DNA of 64,000 nt, taken from Gemmatimonadales bacterium. GTDB taxonomy: Bacteria > Gemmatimonadota > Gemmatimonadetes > Gemmatimonadales > GWC2-71-9. Below, one piece after another: positions 49,928-59,722 of the stretch. The notes beneath the pieces are model-generated. The model saw only the letters and a list, made by a program, of their open reading frames with translations, was not told the origin of the DNA and did no database searches. Where the stretch lies: positions 224,001 to 288,000 of the forward strand of contig JBBCJC010000003.1 in assembly GCA_037189525.1 (NCBI GenBank), written 5' to 3'. Every line of letters starts with the position of its first letter. Within the stretch, counting starts at the first letter, position 1. A program made the translations under genes and the position numbers.

Positions 49928-51595
49928 ATGGCGGAGACAACCTGTCCGAGTTGCCAAGCGCAGCTGCCGGAAGAGGCCGCGTTCTGTCCCCGGTGCGGCA
50001 CCCGATTCGGCGGGGCCGCGGCGGCCGGTGGGGGTGAGGTGCGTCCCGCCGATCTCAGTCATCAGCTCGCGCTGGTTCTGGGCGACGGCTACGAGGTCCG
50101 TGGACTGGTCGGTCGCGGTGGTTTCGCCGAGGTCTATGAGATCTACGATCGCGGGCTGGCCCGGCGCCTCGCGGTCAAGGTGTTGCGACCGGACATTGCC
50201 TGGACCCCGGGTATGCTGGCCCGGTTTCGGGACGAGGCCCGCGTCGTCGCCAGTCTCAATCATCCCAACATTCTGCCGATCCACTTCGTCGGCGAGGGAC
50301 AGGGGCTCACCTACTATGTGATGCCCTTCGTCGACGGGCATTCGGTTGGTGCGTATCTCCGGGATTTCGGCGCTCTGGATATCGGACGCGCGCTCGAGAT
50401 TGCGGTGCCGGTCCTGGAGGCGCTCGGTCATGCGCACCGAGCGGGGCTGCTGCATCGGGACATCAAGCCCGACAACGTCATGATCGACGCGGCCTCGGGG
50501 CGTGCTTTGCTGGTGGATTTCGGGATTGCCAAGCGGCTCGACGCCGACGCCGGTCGCACCCAGACGGGCTTCGTAGTCGGGACACCGCAGTATATGAGTC
50601 CCGAGCAGGCCCTGGGCGATTCGCAGGTCGACGTCCGGAGCGACCTCTACGCGTTCGGCGCTCTGCTATTCCAGATGCTGACCGGCGCGCCGCCGTATGA
50701 CGGCGATTCGTCGCAGGAAATCGTCGGCAAGCACATCGCGGCGCCGGTGCCGGCTCCGGTCGATCGCAACGCGCGGATTCCGATCTGGCTTTCCGAAATC
50801 ATCGTCAAGTGCCTCGCCAAGCGACCGATCGACCGCTATCAGTCGGCCGACGAGGTGGTCGCCGCGATTCGTCAGGGCCAGGCCGGCCGCCAGGATGGTC
50901 CGTCGGTAACGGCCGGGCAGGTGGCGCACCGGGTCAGTGCGCAGCTGGAGGCGCCCGTGGCTCCGGCTTCGGTTCCTACTTCGGCACCGCCGCCCCGACG
51001 CGGCAGGTGGGCAGCGGCCGTGGTGGTCCTCCTCGCTGCCGGGGCGGTGTGGTGGCTCTTCGGTCGCCCCGCTTCGGTCCGGCTGGAGAACCAGCTGACG
51101 GTTCCGGCAATCGTGACCCTGCCTAATGGAGACAGCTTGTCCGTCGCCGCCGGTGGGGCCGCGGAGGTTCGCCTCGGCCGACCCGGGTTTGCCCGCCTGC
51201 TCTGGCGCGCCGAGCCGCTGCGCAGTGCCGGTGGTGCGACGCACGGCCAGGGACTCTCGGGCGAGATTGCGGTCGAGGCGGGGCGGGGGACGACCAGCGC
51301 GGTCCTGTCGCTCGCCCGGACCCGGGTTCCGATGTTCAGCCCGCTGATTTCGAATGAAACGGGTGGCCCGCTTCGCATCACGGTCAACGCAGGCCTCGAT
51401 GGCGCGTTCGACTGCCTCTGCGCCGTGCCCGCGGGAGCGGTCCGCATGCCGATCGGGTTCTATCCGCTCTATCGCAATACCACGGTGCAGGCAGTCGATG
51501 CCTCCGGCCGGACCGCCAAATTCGTCGATCTGGGTACCCAGGTGGAACCGACCGGCGTTGTCGGACTTCGGTTCGAGGCCAGCAACTTCCGCTGA
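49928..51595 (+). CDS. membrane Ser/Thr kinase with N-terminal zinc ribbon and C-terminal extracytoplasmic domain
   Basis: [53 protein letters not shown]. Confidence 0.9.
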   Translation: MAETTCPSCQAQLPEEAAFCPRCGTRFGGAAAAGGGEVRPADLSHQLALVLGDGYEVRGLVGRGGFAEVYEIYDRGLARRLAVKVLRPDIAWTPGMLARFRDEARVVASLNHPNILPIHFVGEGQGLTYYVMPFVDGHSVGAYLRDFGALDIGRALEIAVPVLEALGHAHRAGLLHRDIKPDNVMIDAASGRALLVDFGIAKRLDADAGRTQTGFVVGTPQYMSPEQALGDSQVDVRSDLYAFGALLFQMLTGAPPYDGDSSQEIVGKHIAAPVPAPVDRNARIPIWLSEIIVKCLAKRPIDRYQSADEVVAAIRQGQAGRQDGPSVTAGQVAHRVSAQLEAPVAPASVPTSAPPPRRGRWAAAVVVLLAAGAVWWLFGRPASVRLENQLTVPAIVTLPNGDSLSVAAGGAAEVRLGRPGFARLLWRAEPLRSAGGATHGQGLSGEIAVEAGRGTTSAVLSLARTRVPMFSPLISNETGGPLRITVNAGLDGAFDCLCAVPAGAVRMPIGFYPLYRNTTVQAVDASGRTAKFVDLGTQVEPTGVVGLRFEASNFR

Positions 51596-51671
51596 CATGT
51601 CCGGCGCCGCCGAGCGCCGCCCGATCACGCGGCTTTATATTGAGGGTGACACTGCCCCAAGGAGAGAGACC

Positions 51672-52172
51672 ATGCGCATGTCGGCGAGCATGCAGAAGGC
51701 GCTGAACGACCAGATCAACAAGGAGTTCGGCGCGTCATACTTGTACCTGTCGATGGCGGCGTATTTCGCGGAAAAGAGCCGAAACGGCTTTGCCCGCTGG
51801 ATGCGGATGCAGGCAATGGAAGAAGCCAAACACGCCATGCGCATCATCGACTTCGTCGAGGATCGCGGCGGGCGTGTCGTACTCGAAGCCATTGATCGGC
51901 CGCCGCCCGATTTCCCGTCGTCCCTCGCCGTGTTCGAACTGGCGCGCGACCACGAGAAGAAAGTCTCGGCCGGCATTTTCCAGCTCTACGAGCAGGCGGG
52001 CGCCGAGAAGGACTGGGCGACCCAGGCCATGCTGCAGTGGTTCATCACCGAGCAGGTCGAGGAGGAGAAGACCTCGACCGAAATCGTCGATACGCTCAAG
52101 CAGATCGGCGACAATGCTTCCGGTCTCTTCATCTTCGATCGTGAGTTGGGCAAGCGGGAGTCGAGCGATTGA
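51672..52172 (+). CDS. ftnA: non-heme ferritin
   Basis: LNDQINKEFGASYLYLSM, EEAKHA, HEKKVS, LQWFITEQVEEE. Confidence 0.93.
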   Translation: MRMSASMQKALNDQINKEFGASYLYLSMAAYFAEKSRNGFARWMRMQAMEEAKHAMRIIDFVEDRGGRVVLEAIDRPPPDFPSSLAVFELARDHEKKVSAGIFQLYEQAGAEKDWATQAMLQWFITEQVEEEKTSTEIVDTLKQIGDNASGLFIFDRELGKRESSD

Positions 52173-53059
52173 CCGCTGTCGCATTTCTCGGACTGGGCGC
52201 CATCGGACGGCCGATGGCGACCCGGGTCGCGACACGATACCCGCTCACCGTCTGGAACCGGACGGAGGAGCGGGCGCTGGCATTTGCGCAGTCGGTCTCG
52301 TGCCGAGTGGCGGCTACGCCGGCTGACGCCGTCCGGGGTGCCGATGTGGTGATGGCCTGCCTCTCCACCTCGGCCGATGTCGAGAGTCTGTTCGACGGGC
52401 CGAACGGTGTCCTCGCGGGTATCCAGACCGGTGCGCTATTTCTCGACTGCACCTCGGGCGACCCCGCCACCTCGCGGCGGCTCGCTGCGCGGCTGGCGGA
52501 GCGCGGCGTGGCCTTTGCCGATTGCCCGGTGAGCGGTGGCCCGCCCGGCGCGGAGCAGGGTACCCTGACCGTGATGGTCGGAGGCGAGCCCGACGTGTTT
52601 GCCCGGGCCAAGCCGTACCTCGAAACGTTCGGAAAGCTGATCGTCTCCATGGGACCGGTCGGCGCGGGCGATGCGATCAAGGCCATCAATCAGGTGCTGC
52701 TCGCTACGCATATTCTGGCGCTGTCCGAAGCGCTCACGGCCATGGTCAAAGCCGGCGTGCCGGCGCGCGCCGGACTCGAGGTGCTCAATGCGTCGAGCGG
52801 CCGGAGTTTCGTCAGCGAAAGCCTGGTGCCGGATCGGGTGTTGACGGGAGCGTGGCCTCGGCTGTTCAGGCTGGCCCTGCTCGACAAGGATGTCCGGATT
52901 GCGCTGGAGTTGATCCGCCAACTGGATCTCGAGTCGCCGCTGCTCGATGTCGTGGCCGAGCATTCGGCGGCGCTGCGCACCGAACTGGGAGAGGCGGCGG
53001 ACTATCTCGATCCGATTCGCCGGAGCGAGGAACGGGCGGGAGTCGAGATCCGCGGATGA
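52169..53059 (+). CDS. beta-hydroxyacid dehydrogenase family NAD(P) oxidoreductase
   Basis: FLGLGAIGRPMA, DCPVSGG, LTVMVGG, KAINQ. Confidence 0.9.
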   Translation: MTAVAFLGLGAIGRPMATRVATRYPLTVWNRTEERALAFAQSVSCRVAATPADAVRGADVVMACLSTSADVESLFDGPNGVLAGIQTGALFLDCTSGDPATSRRLAARLAERGVAFADCPVSGGPPGAEQGTLTVMVGGEPDVFARAKPYLETFGKLIVSMGPVGAGDAIKAINQVLLATHILALSEALTAMVKAGVPARAGLEVLNASSGRSFVSESLVPDRVLTGAWPRLFRLALLDKDVRIALELIRQLDLESPLLDVVAEHSAALRTELGEAADYLDPIRRSEERAGVEIRG

Positions 53060-53535
53060 GCGACTGGATCTCGACCCGGCGGCAGCAGGTGGCGGTCCAT
53101 CTGACTGACCGGCGGGTGCTGACGGGCAGTATTCATCTGCAGATGATTGCGCGCCATCACACCGGGCCCGAGACCACCGATGATCTCCTCAATCGCGAGG
53201 AGACCTTCTACGTGCTGATCCTCGACGGCGAACAGCCGGTGTTCGTGGCCAAGCGGCATACCCTGTATCTCGAGTTGCCGCCCCAGCCGATCGACGATCC
53301 CGACCGTGCTTCGGCCGCGCGACGCCTGGAGTTGGAACTCGAGTTGGCGGATGGGACCCTGCTGGAGGGAATGGTCATGATCGAGCTGCCGCCGGATCGG
53401 CTGCGCGCCCTGGACTTCTTCAACGCGGCGCCGACCTTCTTCCCGCTCTGGACCGACGATGCGGTGCGCATCGTCAATCGCGATCACATTCGGGCCGCCA
53501 GTCCGGTCGTGGATATCCGACGTGGCCAGGCTTGA
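53056..53535 (+). CDS. hypothetical protein made of two internal repeats (Sm/Hfq-like pattern)
   Basis: Overlaps both neighbours; repeats VAVHLTDRRVLTGSI..DLLN..F..L..FVAKRH and LELELADGTLLEGMV..DFFN..F..L..IVNRDH. Confidence 0.75.
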   Translation: MSDWISTRRQQVAVHLTDRRVLTGSIHLQMIARHHTGPETTDDLLNREETFYVLILDGEQPVFVAKRHTLYLELPPQPIDDPDRASAARRLELELELADGTLLEGMVMIELPPDRLRALDFFNAAPTFFPLWTDDAVRIVNRDHIRAASPVVDIRRGQA

Positions 53536-54973
53536 TCGTTTTCTCGGCGTCATGAAGGCGCAGGCGGGTGAAGCCATCCGCCTGGTGCCTGGGCAACCCG
53601 TTGCGCTCAGGAAAAACGGGTTGGTCCGCTCGATGACCAAGGAATCCCTCTCCGAGCAGCAGGTGGTCAGCTTGCTGCGCGAAATCACCCCTGCGCAGCT
53701 GGGCGACCGGCTGGGCGGCGTGGCGGTCGAATTTGCCTTTACCTATGACAGTCCAGAGGGGGCGGTCGAAGTGCAGGTGGCGCCGTCGAACGGCAGCCTG
53801 TCCGCCACCCTGCGTTCGCTCTTCCCGCCGATCGCGCGCGCGGCCGCGGAAGACTCCGCGGCGGCAGTCGACCTGTCGGGCCCGCGAGAACGGATCGAGC
53901 GGCTCTTCCGCACCCTGGCGGAGCGGGACGGCAGCGACCTCCACCTCCGGGTCGGCAGTCCTCCGATCCTGCGTGCGTCCGGCTCCCTGACGCCGCTCGA
54001 GGAGCCGGCGCTGACCGGGGAGGACATCGAGCTGATGCTCCGGGCCACCATGGCGCCGCGAGACCTGGCTGCCTGGCGCGACGACGGCGATGCGGACTAT
54101 GCCTACGAGCTGGAAGACATCGGACGGCTTCGCTGCAATGCGGCTCGCGATCGGCTGGGGCCCTTTGCCGTCTTCCGGCTGATCCCCTCCCGGATCAGGA
54201 CGGTCCAGGAACTCGGTCTGAGCGCCGAGGTGCAGGCGCTCTGTCAGCTGACCAAGGGGCTGGTGCTGGTGACCGGGCCGACCGGGTCCGGAAAATCGAC
54301 CACGCTTGCTGCGCTCGTTGATCTGATCAATGCGACCCGGAACGATCACATCCTCACCATCGAAGATCCGATCGAGTTCGTGCATCAGAGCCGCCAGTGC
54401 GTCGTGACGCAGCGGCAGGTCGGAGTGCACACCAAGACGTTCAAATCGGCGTTGCGCGCGGCCTTGCGGGAAGATCCCGACGTGATTCTGGTCGGCGAGT
54501 TGCGGGATCTCGAAACGGTGGCGATTGCGCTCGAGACGGCGGAAACCGGGCATCTGGTCTTTGGAACGCTGCATACCACGACGGCCGCATCGACCATCGA
54601 TCGCATCATCGATCAGTTCCCGGCCGATCGGCAGGCGCAGATTCGGGTCATGCTGGCGGAATCGTTCCGGGGCGTCATTGCACAGACGCTCTGCAAGAAG
54701 GTCGGTGGCGGCCGGGTCGCGGCGTACGAGGTGTTGCTGGCCAATCACGCCGTCTCGAATCTGATCCGGGAAGGGAAGACCTTCCAGATTCCCTCCATCA
54801 TGCAGACCAACCGTCGGGCCGGAATGGTGACGCTGAACGACGCGCTGGTCGAATTGGCCGAGTCGCAGCAGGTCGAGCCCAAGGAGGCGTATCTCAAGGC
54901 GGTCGACAAAGCCGGCTTGCTCGCGATGTTCAAGTCGCGCGGCGTCTCGACTTCCTTCATGGACAACGGGTGA
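53522..54973 (+). CDS. pilT: type IV pilus retraction ATPase PilT with an extra N-terminal domain
   Basis: SDLHL, TGPTGSGKST, TIEDPIE, ALREDPDVILVGELRD, GHLVFGTLH, AVSNLIRE (AIRNLIRE motif). Confidence 0.92.
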   Translation: MARLDRFLGVMKAQAGEAIRLVPGQPVALRKNGLVRSMTKESLSEQQVVSLLREITPAQLGDRLGGVAVEFAFTYDSPEGAVEVQVAPSNGSLSATLRSLFPPIARAAAEDSAAAVDLSGPRERIERLFRTLAERDGSDLHLRVGSPPILRASGSLTPLEEPALTGEDIELMLRATMAPRDLAAWRDDGDADYAYELEDIGRLRCNAARDRLGPFAVFRLIPSRIRTVQELGLSAEVQALCQLTKGLVLVTGPTGSGKSTTLAALVDLINATRNDHILTIEDPIEFVHQSRQCVVTQRQVGVHTKTFKSALRAALREDPDVILVGELRDLETVAIALETAETGHLVFGTLHTTTAASTIDRIIDQFPADRQAQIRVMLAESFRGVIAQTLCKKVGGGRVAAYEVLLANHAVSNLIREGKTFQIPSIMQTNRRAGMVTLNDALVELAESQQVEPKEAYLKAVDKAGLLAMFKSRGVSTSFMDNG

Positions 54974-55779
54974 CCGCGCCGCCCATCCTGGTCCTCGTCG
55001 AACCGCAGGACCTCGTCAACATTGCGGCAACGGTTCGGATCGCGAAGAACTTCGGCATCCCCAATGTCCGGCTCGTCAAGCCGGCGGTGTTCGATCCCTA
55101 TCGGATCGAAGGCATTGCCCACAATACCGGCGATATCGTCGAGCGGATCGGCCATTTCGAGACTCTCGCCGAGGCGATTGCGGACTGTGTCCACGCGGTG
55201 GCGATGACCGCGCGGGAGCGGGCTGCCAAACGCCGCTTGCTGCGCCCGCCCGCCGCCGCCGCGTTGTTGACGGAGCATGCGGAGGACGGCCCGGTTGCCC
55301 TGGTCTTCGGTCGCGAGGACGCCGGGTTGACCAATGCGGAACTCGACGCCTGTCCCACCCTGACGACCATCGCGACCAATCCGACGCACCGCTCCCTCAA
55401 TCTGGCGCAGGCCGTGGCCATTATGAGCTACGAGTGCTGGAACGCGCGCGAGGGAGCCGAACAGACCCGCAAAGCCCCCCGCCGGCGGGCGACCCGGGCC
55501 ACAGCGGAAGATCTCGACAAGACCTTCCATGACTGGCATCGAGCCTTGTGGGCGCTCGACTTCTTCAAGAGCCGCAACGCCGAGAACGTGATGCGGTCCT
55601 TTCGGGAAATCGTCTACCGGGCCGATCCGGATTCGCGCGAGGCCAAGCTGCTGCGCGCCATGGCACTCGAGACGGTGCACTATCTCACGCGCCATCAAGT
55701 GCTTGGGGAGCTGCCCGAGGCCCTGCGGTGGCCGGCGGGGATGACCCCTCCGGCGGAGCCGGAGCCGGGGTCTCAATAG
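54970..55779 (+). CDS. trmJ: SPOUT RNA methyltransferase, TrmJ/LasT type
   Basis: LVEPQDLVNIA, ALVFGREDAGLTNAEL, SLNLAQAV. Confidence 0.82.
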   Translation: MTAPPILVLVEPQDLVNIAATVRIAKNFGIPNVRLVKPAVFDPYRIEGIAHNTGDIVERIGHFETLAEAIADCVHAVAMTARERAAKRRLLRPPAAAALLTEHAEDGPVALVFGREDAGLTNAELDACPTLTTIATNPTHRSLNLAQAVAIMSYECWNAREGAEQTRKAPRRRATRATAEDLDKTFHDWHRALWALDFFKSRNAENVMRSFREIVYRADPDSREAKLLRAMALETVHYLTRHQVLGELPEALRWPAGMTPPAEPEPGSQ

Positions 55780-55940
55780 GGGAGTTTCCGAGTCGCATAT
55801 CTCGTTGCCGGGGTGGAAGTTATCCCGAGTCAACGGTTCCCATTTTTGGAACGGGAAAGGCTTGTTTCCGAGTCGCTTGCGGGTATTTTTCTCGCGGCGT
55901 TGCGCCTTGCGCTATATGCACTTGCGCGCGTTTTCTCTGG

Positions 55941-55958
55941 TCGTGAAAAGTTTCACAT
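55941..55958. promoter_or_regulatory. Rex-like (or CRP/FNR-family) operator upstream of the act operon
   Basis: TCGTGAA-AAGT-TTCACAT versus Rex consensus TTGTGAANNNNTTCACAA (2 mismatches). Confidence 0.6.
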
Positions 55959-55991
55959 ACTTCGTCACCATGGATCGGCGGATGCACACGC

Positions 55992-56588
55992 ATGCGTAAG
56001 CTCTTGGTTGCTGGAGTTGCGGTGGCAGTTGCCGGCGCAGCGGTGTTCTTCACGTTGCCCTTGCCCTCCATCGCGCAACAGCAGGCAGCCCAAGCGCCGG
56101 CCGACTCGATCGTCGCTCCGCGACTCACGGTCGCTGACTCGGCCAATCTGAAAGGCCCCCGGCAGCCGATTTTCTTCCGGCACGACATCCACGCCGGACA
56201 GTTCAAGATTCAGTGCCAGTACTGCCACTATTCGGTTGCCGACGGCAATGAGCCGGGCATTCCGTCGGTGCAGACCTGTATGGGATGCCATCTGGCCATT
56301 GCGGGAACGGACAGCACGGACCGGGCGGAGATCCGCAAGGTGCGCGAGGCGTTCCGCGAGAAGCGGCCGATCGAATGGGTCCGGATCCACACGCTTGCCA
56401 AGCATGCCCACTTCCCGCACAGCGTGCACGTCAAGGCGATGGGGCCGAATGCCTGCTCCACCTGCCACGGCGACGTCGCGCGGATGCCGCAGGTCTACAA
56501 GGCCAACAACGTGAACAACATGGGTTTCTGCATCAGTTGCCACGTGGAGCGGGGCGTGACACGCGATTGTACGGCGTGCCATTACTAG
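55992..56588 (+). CDS. actA: ACIII pentaheme cytochrome c subunit
   Basis: Five CxxCH (CQYCH, CMGCH, CSTCH, CISCH, CTACH), QPIFFRHDIHAG, N-terminal TM. Confidence 0.88.
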   Translation: MRKLLVAGVAVAVAGAAVFFTLPLPSIAQQQAAQAPADSIVAPRLTVADSANLKGPRQPIFFRHDIHAGQFKIQCQYCHYSVADGNEPGIPSVQTCMGCHLAIAGTDSTDRAEIRKVREAFREKRPIEWVRIHTLAKHAHFPHSVHVKAMGPNACSTCHGDVARMPQVYKANNVNNMGFCISCHVERGVTRDCTACHY

Positions 56589-56708
56589 CGGAAGACAACG
56601 CAAGATCAGCGCAGGTCACGAGGACGATTGGGCCGGGACGGTCGAACCGGATAGTCACGGCAGGATAAGGCGGCGGACGCAACCGGGTCCGTGCCGATAG
56701 GAGAGGGA

Positions 56709-59700
56709 ATGGCAGACAACGAAGCCTTGGATCGACGCCGATTTCTGAAGGTGGTTGGCGTAGCCGGTGCCGGCTCCGCCGCGCTTTCGGGGTGCTCCAC
56801 GGGCAAGGTCGAGAAGCTGATTCCGTATCTGGTGCAGTCCGAAGACCAGGTGCCCAGCCTTCCGACCATCTACGCGAGCACCTGCGGTGAGTGCGCAGGC
56901 GGATGCGGCCTGCATGTGCGGACGCGCGAGGGGCGAGCCATCAAGGTCGACGGCAACCCCGAGCATCCGATCAACGGGGGCGGGTTGTGCTCCCGGGGAC
57001 AGGCATCGCTCCAGGGGCTCTACAACCCCGACCGCCTCAAGAGTCCCAAGCTGCGCAACGCGGCCGGCAAGCACGCCGAGATCCTCTGGAACGAAGCGAT
57101 CGACCAGCTGGCCGCCGAACTGCGGTCCGCGGGCTCGCGGGTAGCCGTGGTGAGTGGCGCCGGGGCCGGCACCATGTCGGACCTGCTGGCGCAGTGGGTC
57201 TCGACGCTGGGTGGCCGCCTGGTGCGCTACCAGGCCTTCGACCACGAGCCGCTCCGGCTGGCGAGTCAGCGGGTCTTCGGTATCGACGAGGTGCCGACCC
57301 ACGACTTCGGGCAGGCCAAGTACATCGTGTCGTTCGGCGCCGACTTCCTGGAAACCTGGAACAGCCCGCTCGAAAACGAGCGTGGCTTCATCCGGGCCCA
57401 CGGATTCGTCGGCCGGCAGATGGCCAAGTTCGTGTACGTCGGTCCGCGGATGTCGCTGACCGGCATCAACGCTGATCAGTGGCTGGCGCCGATCCCGGGC
57501 TCGGAAACGTCCCTGGTGCTCGGTCTTGCCAATGCGGTGATCAACACCCGGGCTGCGAACCTTCCGGCGGATGCGGCAGGGTTGCGGCCGTTGCTCGACG
57601 GATACGGGCTGGAGCGCGTCGCAGCGGATACCGGTCTGCCGGCCGAACAGATCCGCCGCTTTTACGACGAGTTCGTCTCGTTTGCGCCGAGCCTGGCGGT
57701 GGCCGGTGGTATCGGGACGCAGCATCGCGGTGCGGCCGATCTCTGCGCAGCGGTCAACATCCTCAACTATGTGGCGGGCAACGTCGGTACGACGGTCCGC
57801 TTCGGCAGCGGCAACACCGGCGGCGACGGCTACGGCGCCATGCTCGGTTTGGAACGGGCCATGGAGGCGGGTGAGATCGATGTCGTGATTTTCCACGACG
57901 TCAATCCGCTCTTCACGCTGCCCAAGAGCGGCGGGTTCCGCGCGGCGCTCGACAAGGTGCGGTTCAAAGTCTCCACCAGTCTCTACTACGACGAGACGGC
58001 GGCGGCGTCCGACCTCCTGATCCCCAACCTGCATTCGCTCGAACGGTGGGACGATGCGCGGCCGCGGGCAGGGGTCCGCGGTCTGATGCAGCCGGTGATG
58101 GAGCGGGTCTTCAAGAACGTCGCGACCGGCGACGTGCTGTTGCAGACGGCGCGCAAGCTGGGCGGCACCATGGCGGCGACCTTCACGGCGCCGACCTTCG
58201 AAGCCCATCTCAAGAGCATCTGGGCCGACTTTGCCCGCAGTCGCGGCGCGGCGGATACTGAAGCCTTCTGGCGCGCGGCACTGGCGCGTGGCGGCGTGTA
58301 CGACACGGCGCCCTCGTCGACGCCGGTGCGCCTGGCGAGCACGGCGGTAGGATTCACGAGCCAGACGCCGACCCTCGACGGCGACGGCGAGTACTTCTTC
58401 GCCCCGTTCCCGAGTTTGCACTACCACGATGGCCGAGGCGCCAACCGCCCCTGGCTGCTCGAAGTTCCCGATCCCGTCACGAAGATCACCTGGCAGTCTT
58501 GGGTTGAGCTGAATCCCGAGACCGCCCGCGCGATCGACGTGCGGGAGGGCGAGATCCTGCGTCTGGTCTCGCCCTCCGGATCGATCGAAGCGCAGGTCTA
58601 CATCTATCCCGGCATTCGCAAGGACGTCCTGGCAATGCCGCTCGGTCTCGGACACACCGAGTTCGGTCGCTACGCAACCGGGCGCGGTGTCAACCCGCTC
58701 GACCTGCTCTCCGCGGCCGACGGCCAGGGCTTCCTGCCGTACCTCTCCACCAAGGTCAAGGTCGAGAAGACCGGCCGCTACCGGAAGGTCGCCAAGACCG
58801 AAGGCAACCCGCGCGAACTCGGCCGCGGCATCACGGAAGCGATGCCGCTGGCGCTGGCGGCGCGTGGCCTGACCGTCAAGCAGGCATACCACGAGCAGGG
58901 CCACGAAGAGCATCACGTCAACACCGAGAAGGAACTCGAAGCGATTGCCGGGTTCCGCGAGGCGCAGGTCGAGAAGCGGATGTTCGGCGACTATCGCCCG
59001 ACCAATCCGCAGTGGCACCAGGTCATCGACCTGGCCAAGTGCACCGGCTGCTCCGCCTGTGTCACTGCCTGCTACGCAGAAAACAACATCCCGACCGTGG
59101 GTGAAGACGAGATCTTCCGCGGCCGCGAAATGAGTTGGCTCCGGATCGAGCGCTACTACCACGGCGGCGAAGACGGCGAGCCTTTCTCGGCCCGCGTCAT
59201 TCCGATGATGTGCCAGCACTGCGACAACGCGCCCTGCGAACCGGTCTGCCCGGTCTACGCGGCGTATCACACCTCGGACGGCCTCAACGGACAGGTCTAC
59301 AACCGGTGCGTCGGCACGCGGTACTGCGCCAACAACTGTCCCTACAAGGTGCGCTACTTCAACTGGTACGCCTACAACCAGAGGGCCTTCCCGGAGCCGC
59401 TCAACCTGCAGCTCAACCCGGATGTCACGGTGCGGGCGCGCGGCGTGATGGAGAAGTGCACCTTCTGTGTCCAGCGGATCCGCTCGGCGCAGCACCAGGC
59501 CAGGCTCGAAGACCGGCCGCTGCGCGATGGCGACGTGCAGAGTGCCTGCGCGCAGGTCTGCGCCTCGGGCGCCATCACCTTCGGTGACATCAACGATCCG
59601 AACAGCAAGGTGAGCCAGGCGGCGCGCGATCCGCGTGCGTACCAGGTGCTCGACCTCATCAATGTGCGGCCGGCCGTGACCTACTTGGCCAAGGTCGTGG

Positions 59701-59717
59701 CGGGATCGGAGGCCTAA
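56709..59717 (+). CDS. actB: ACIII molybdopterin-oxidoreductase-like/Fe-S fusion subunit
   Basis: Tat signal DRRRFLK plus LSGC; C-terminal CTGCSACVTAC, CQHCDNAPCEPVCP, CVGTRYCANNCP, RGVMEKCTFC. Confidence 0.88.
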   Translation: MADNEALDRRRFLKVVGVAGAGSAALSGCSTGKVEKLIPYLVQSEDQVPSLPTIYASTCGECAGGCGLHVRTREGRAIKVDGNPEHPINGGGLCSRGQASLQGLYNPDRLKSPKLRNAAGKHAEILWNEAIDQLAAELRSAGSRVAVVSGAGAGTMSDLLAQWVSTLGGRLVRYQAFDHEPLRLASQRVFGIDEVPTHDFGQAKYIVSFGADFLETWNSPLENERGFIRAHGFVGRQMAKFVYVGPRMSLTGINADQWLAPIPGSETSLVLGLANAVINTRAANLPADAAGLRPLLDGYGLERVAADTGLPAEQIRRFYDEFVSFAPSLAVAGGIGTQHRGAADLCAAVNILNYVAGNVGTTVRFGSGNTGGDGYGAMLGLERAMEAGEIDVVIFHDVNPLFTLPKSGGFRAALDKVRFKVSTSLYYDETAAASDLLIPNLHSLERWDDARPRAGVRGLMQPVMERVFKNVATGDVLLQTARKLGGTMAATFTAPTFEAHLKSIWADFARSRGAADTEAFWRAALARGGVYDTAPSSTPVRLASTAVGFTSQTPTLDGDGEYFFAPFPSLHYHDGRGANRPWLLEVPDPVTKITWQSWVELNPETARAIDVREGEILRLVSPSGSIEAQVYIYPGIRKDVLAMPLGLGHTEFGRYATGRGVNPLDLLSAADGQGFLPYLSTKVKVEKTGRYRKVAKTEGNPRELGRGITEAMPLALAARGLTVKQAYHEQGHEEHHVNTEKELEAIAGFREAQVEKRMFGDYRPTNPQWHQVIDLAKCTGCSACVTACYAENNIPTVGEDEIFRGREMSWLRIERYYHGGEDGEPFSARVIPMMCQHCDNAPCEPVCPVYAAYHTSDGLNGQVYNRCVGTRYCANNCPYKVRYFNWYAYNQRAFPEPLNLQLNPDVTVRARGVMEKCTFCVQRIRSAQHQARLEDRPLRDGDVQSACAQVCASGAITFGDINDPNSKVSQAARDPRAYQVLDLINVRPAVTYLAKVVAGSEA

Positions 59718-59722
59718 TCCAA

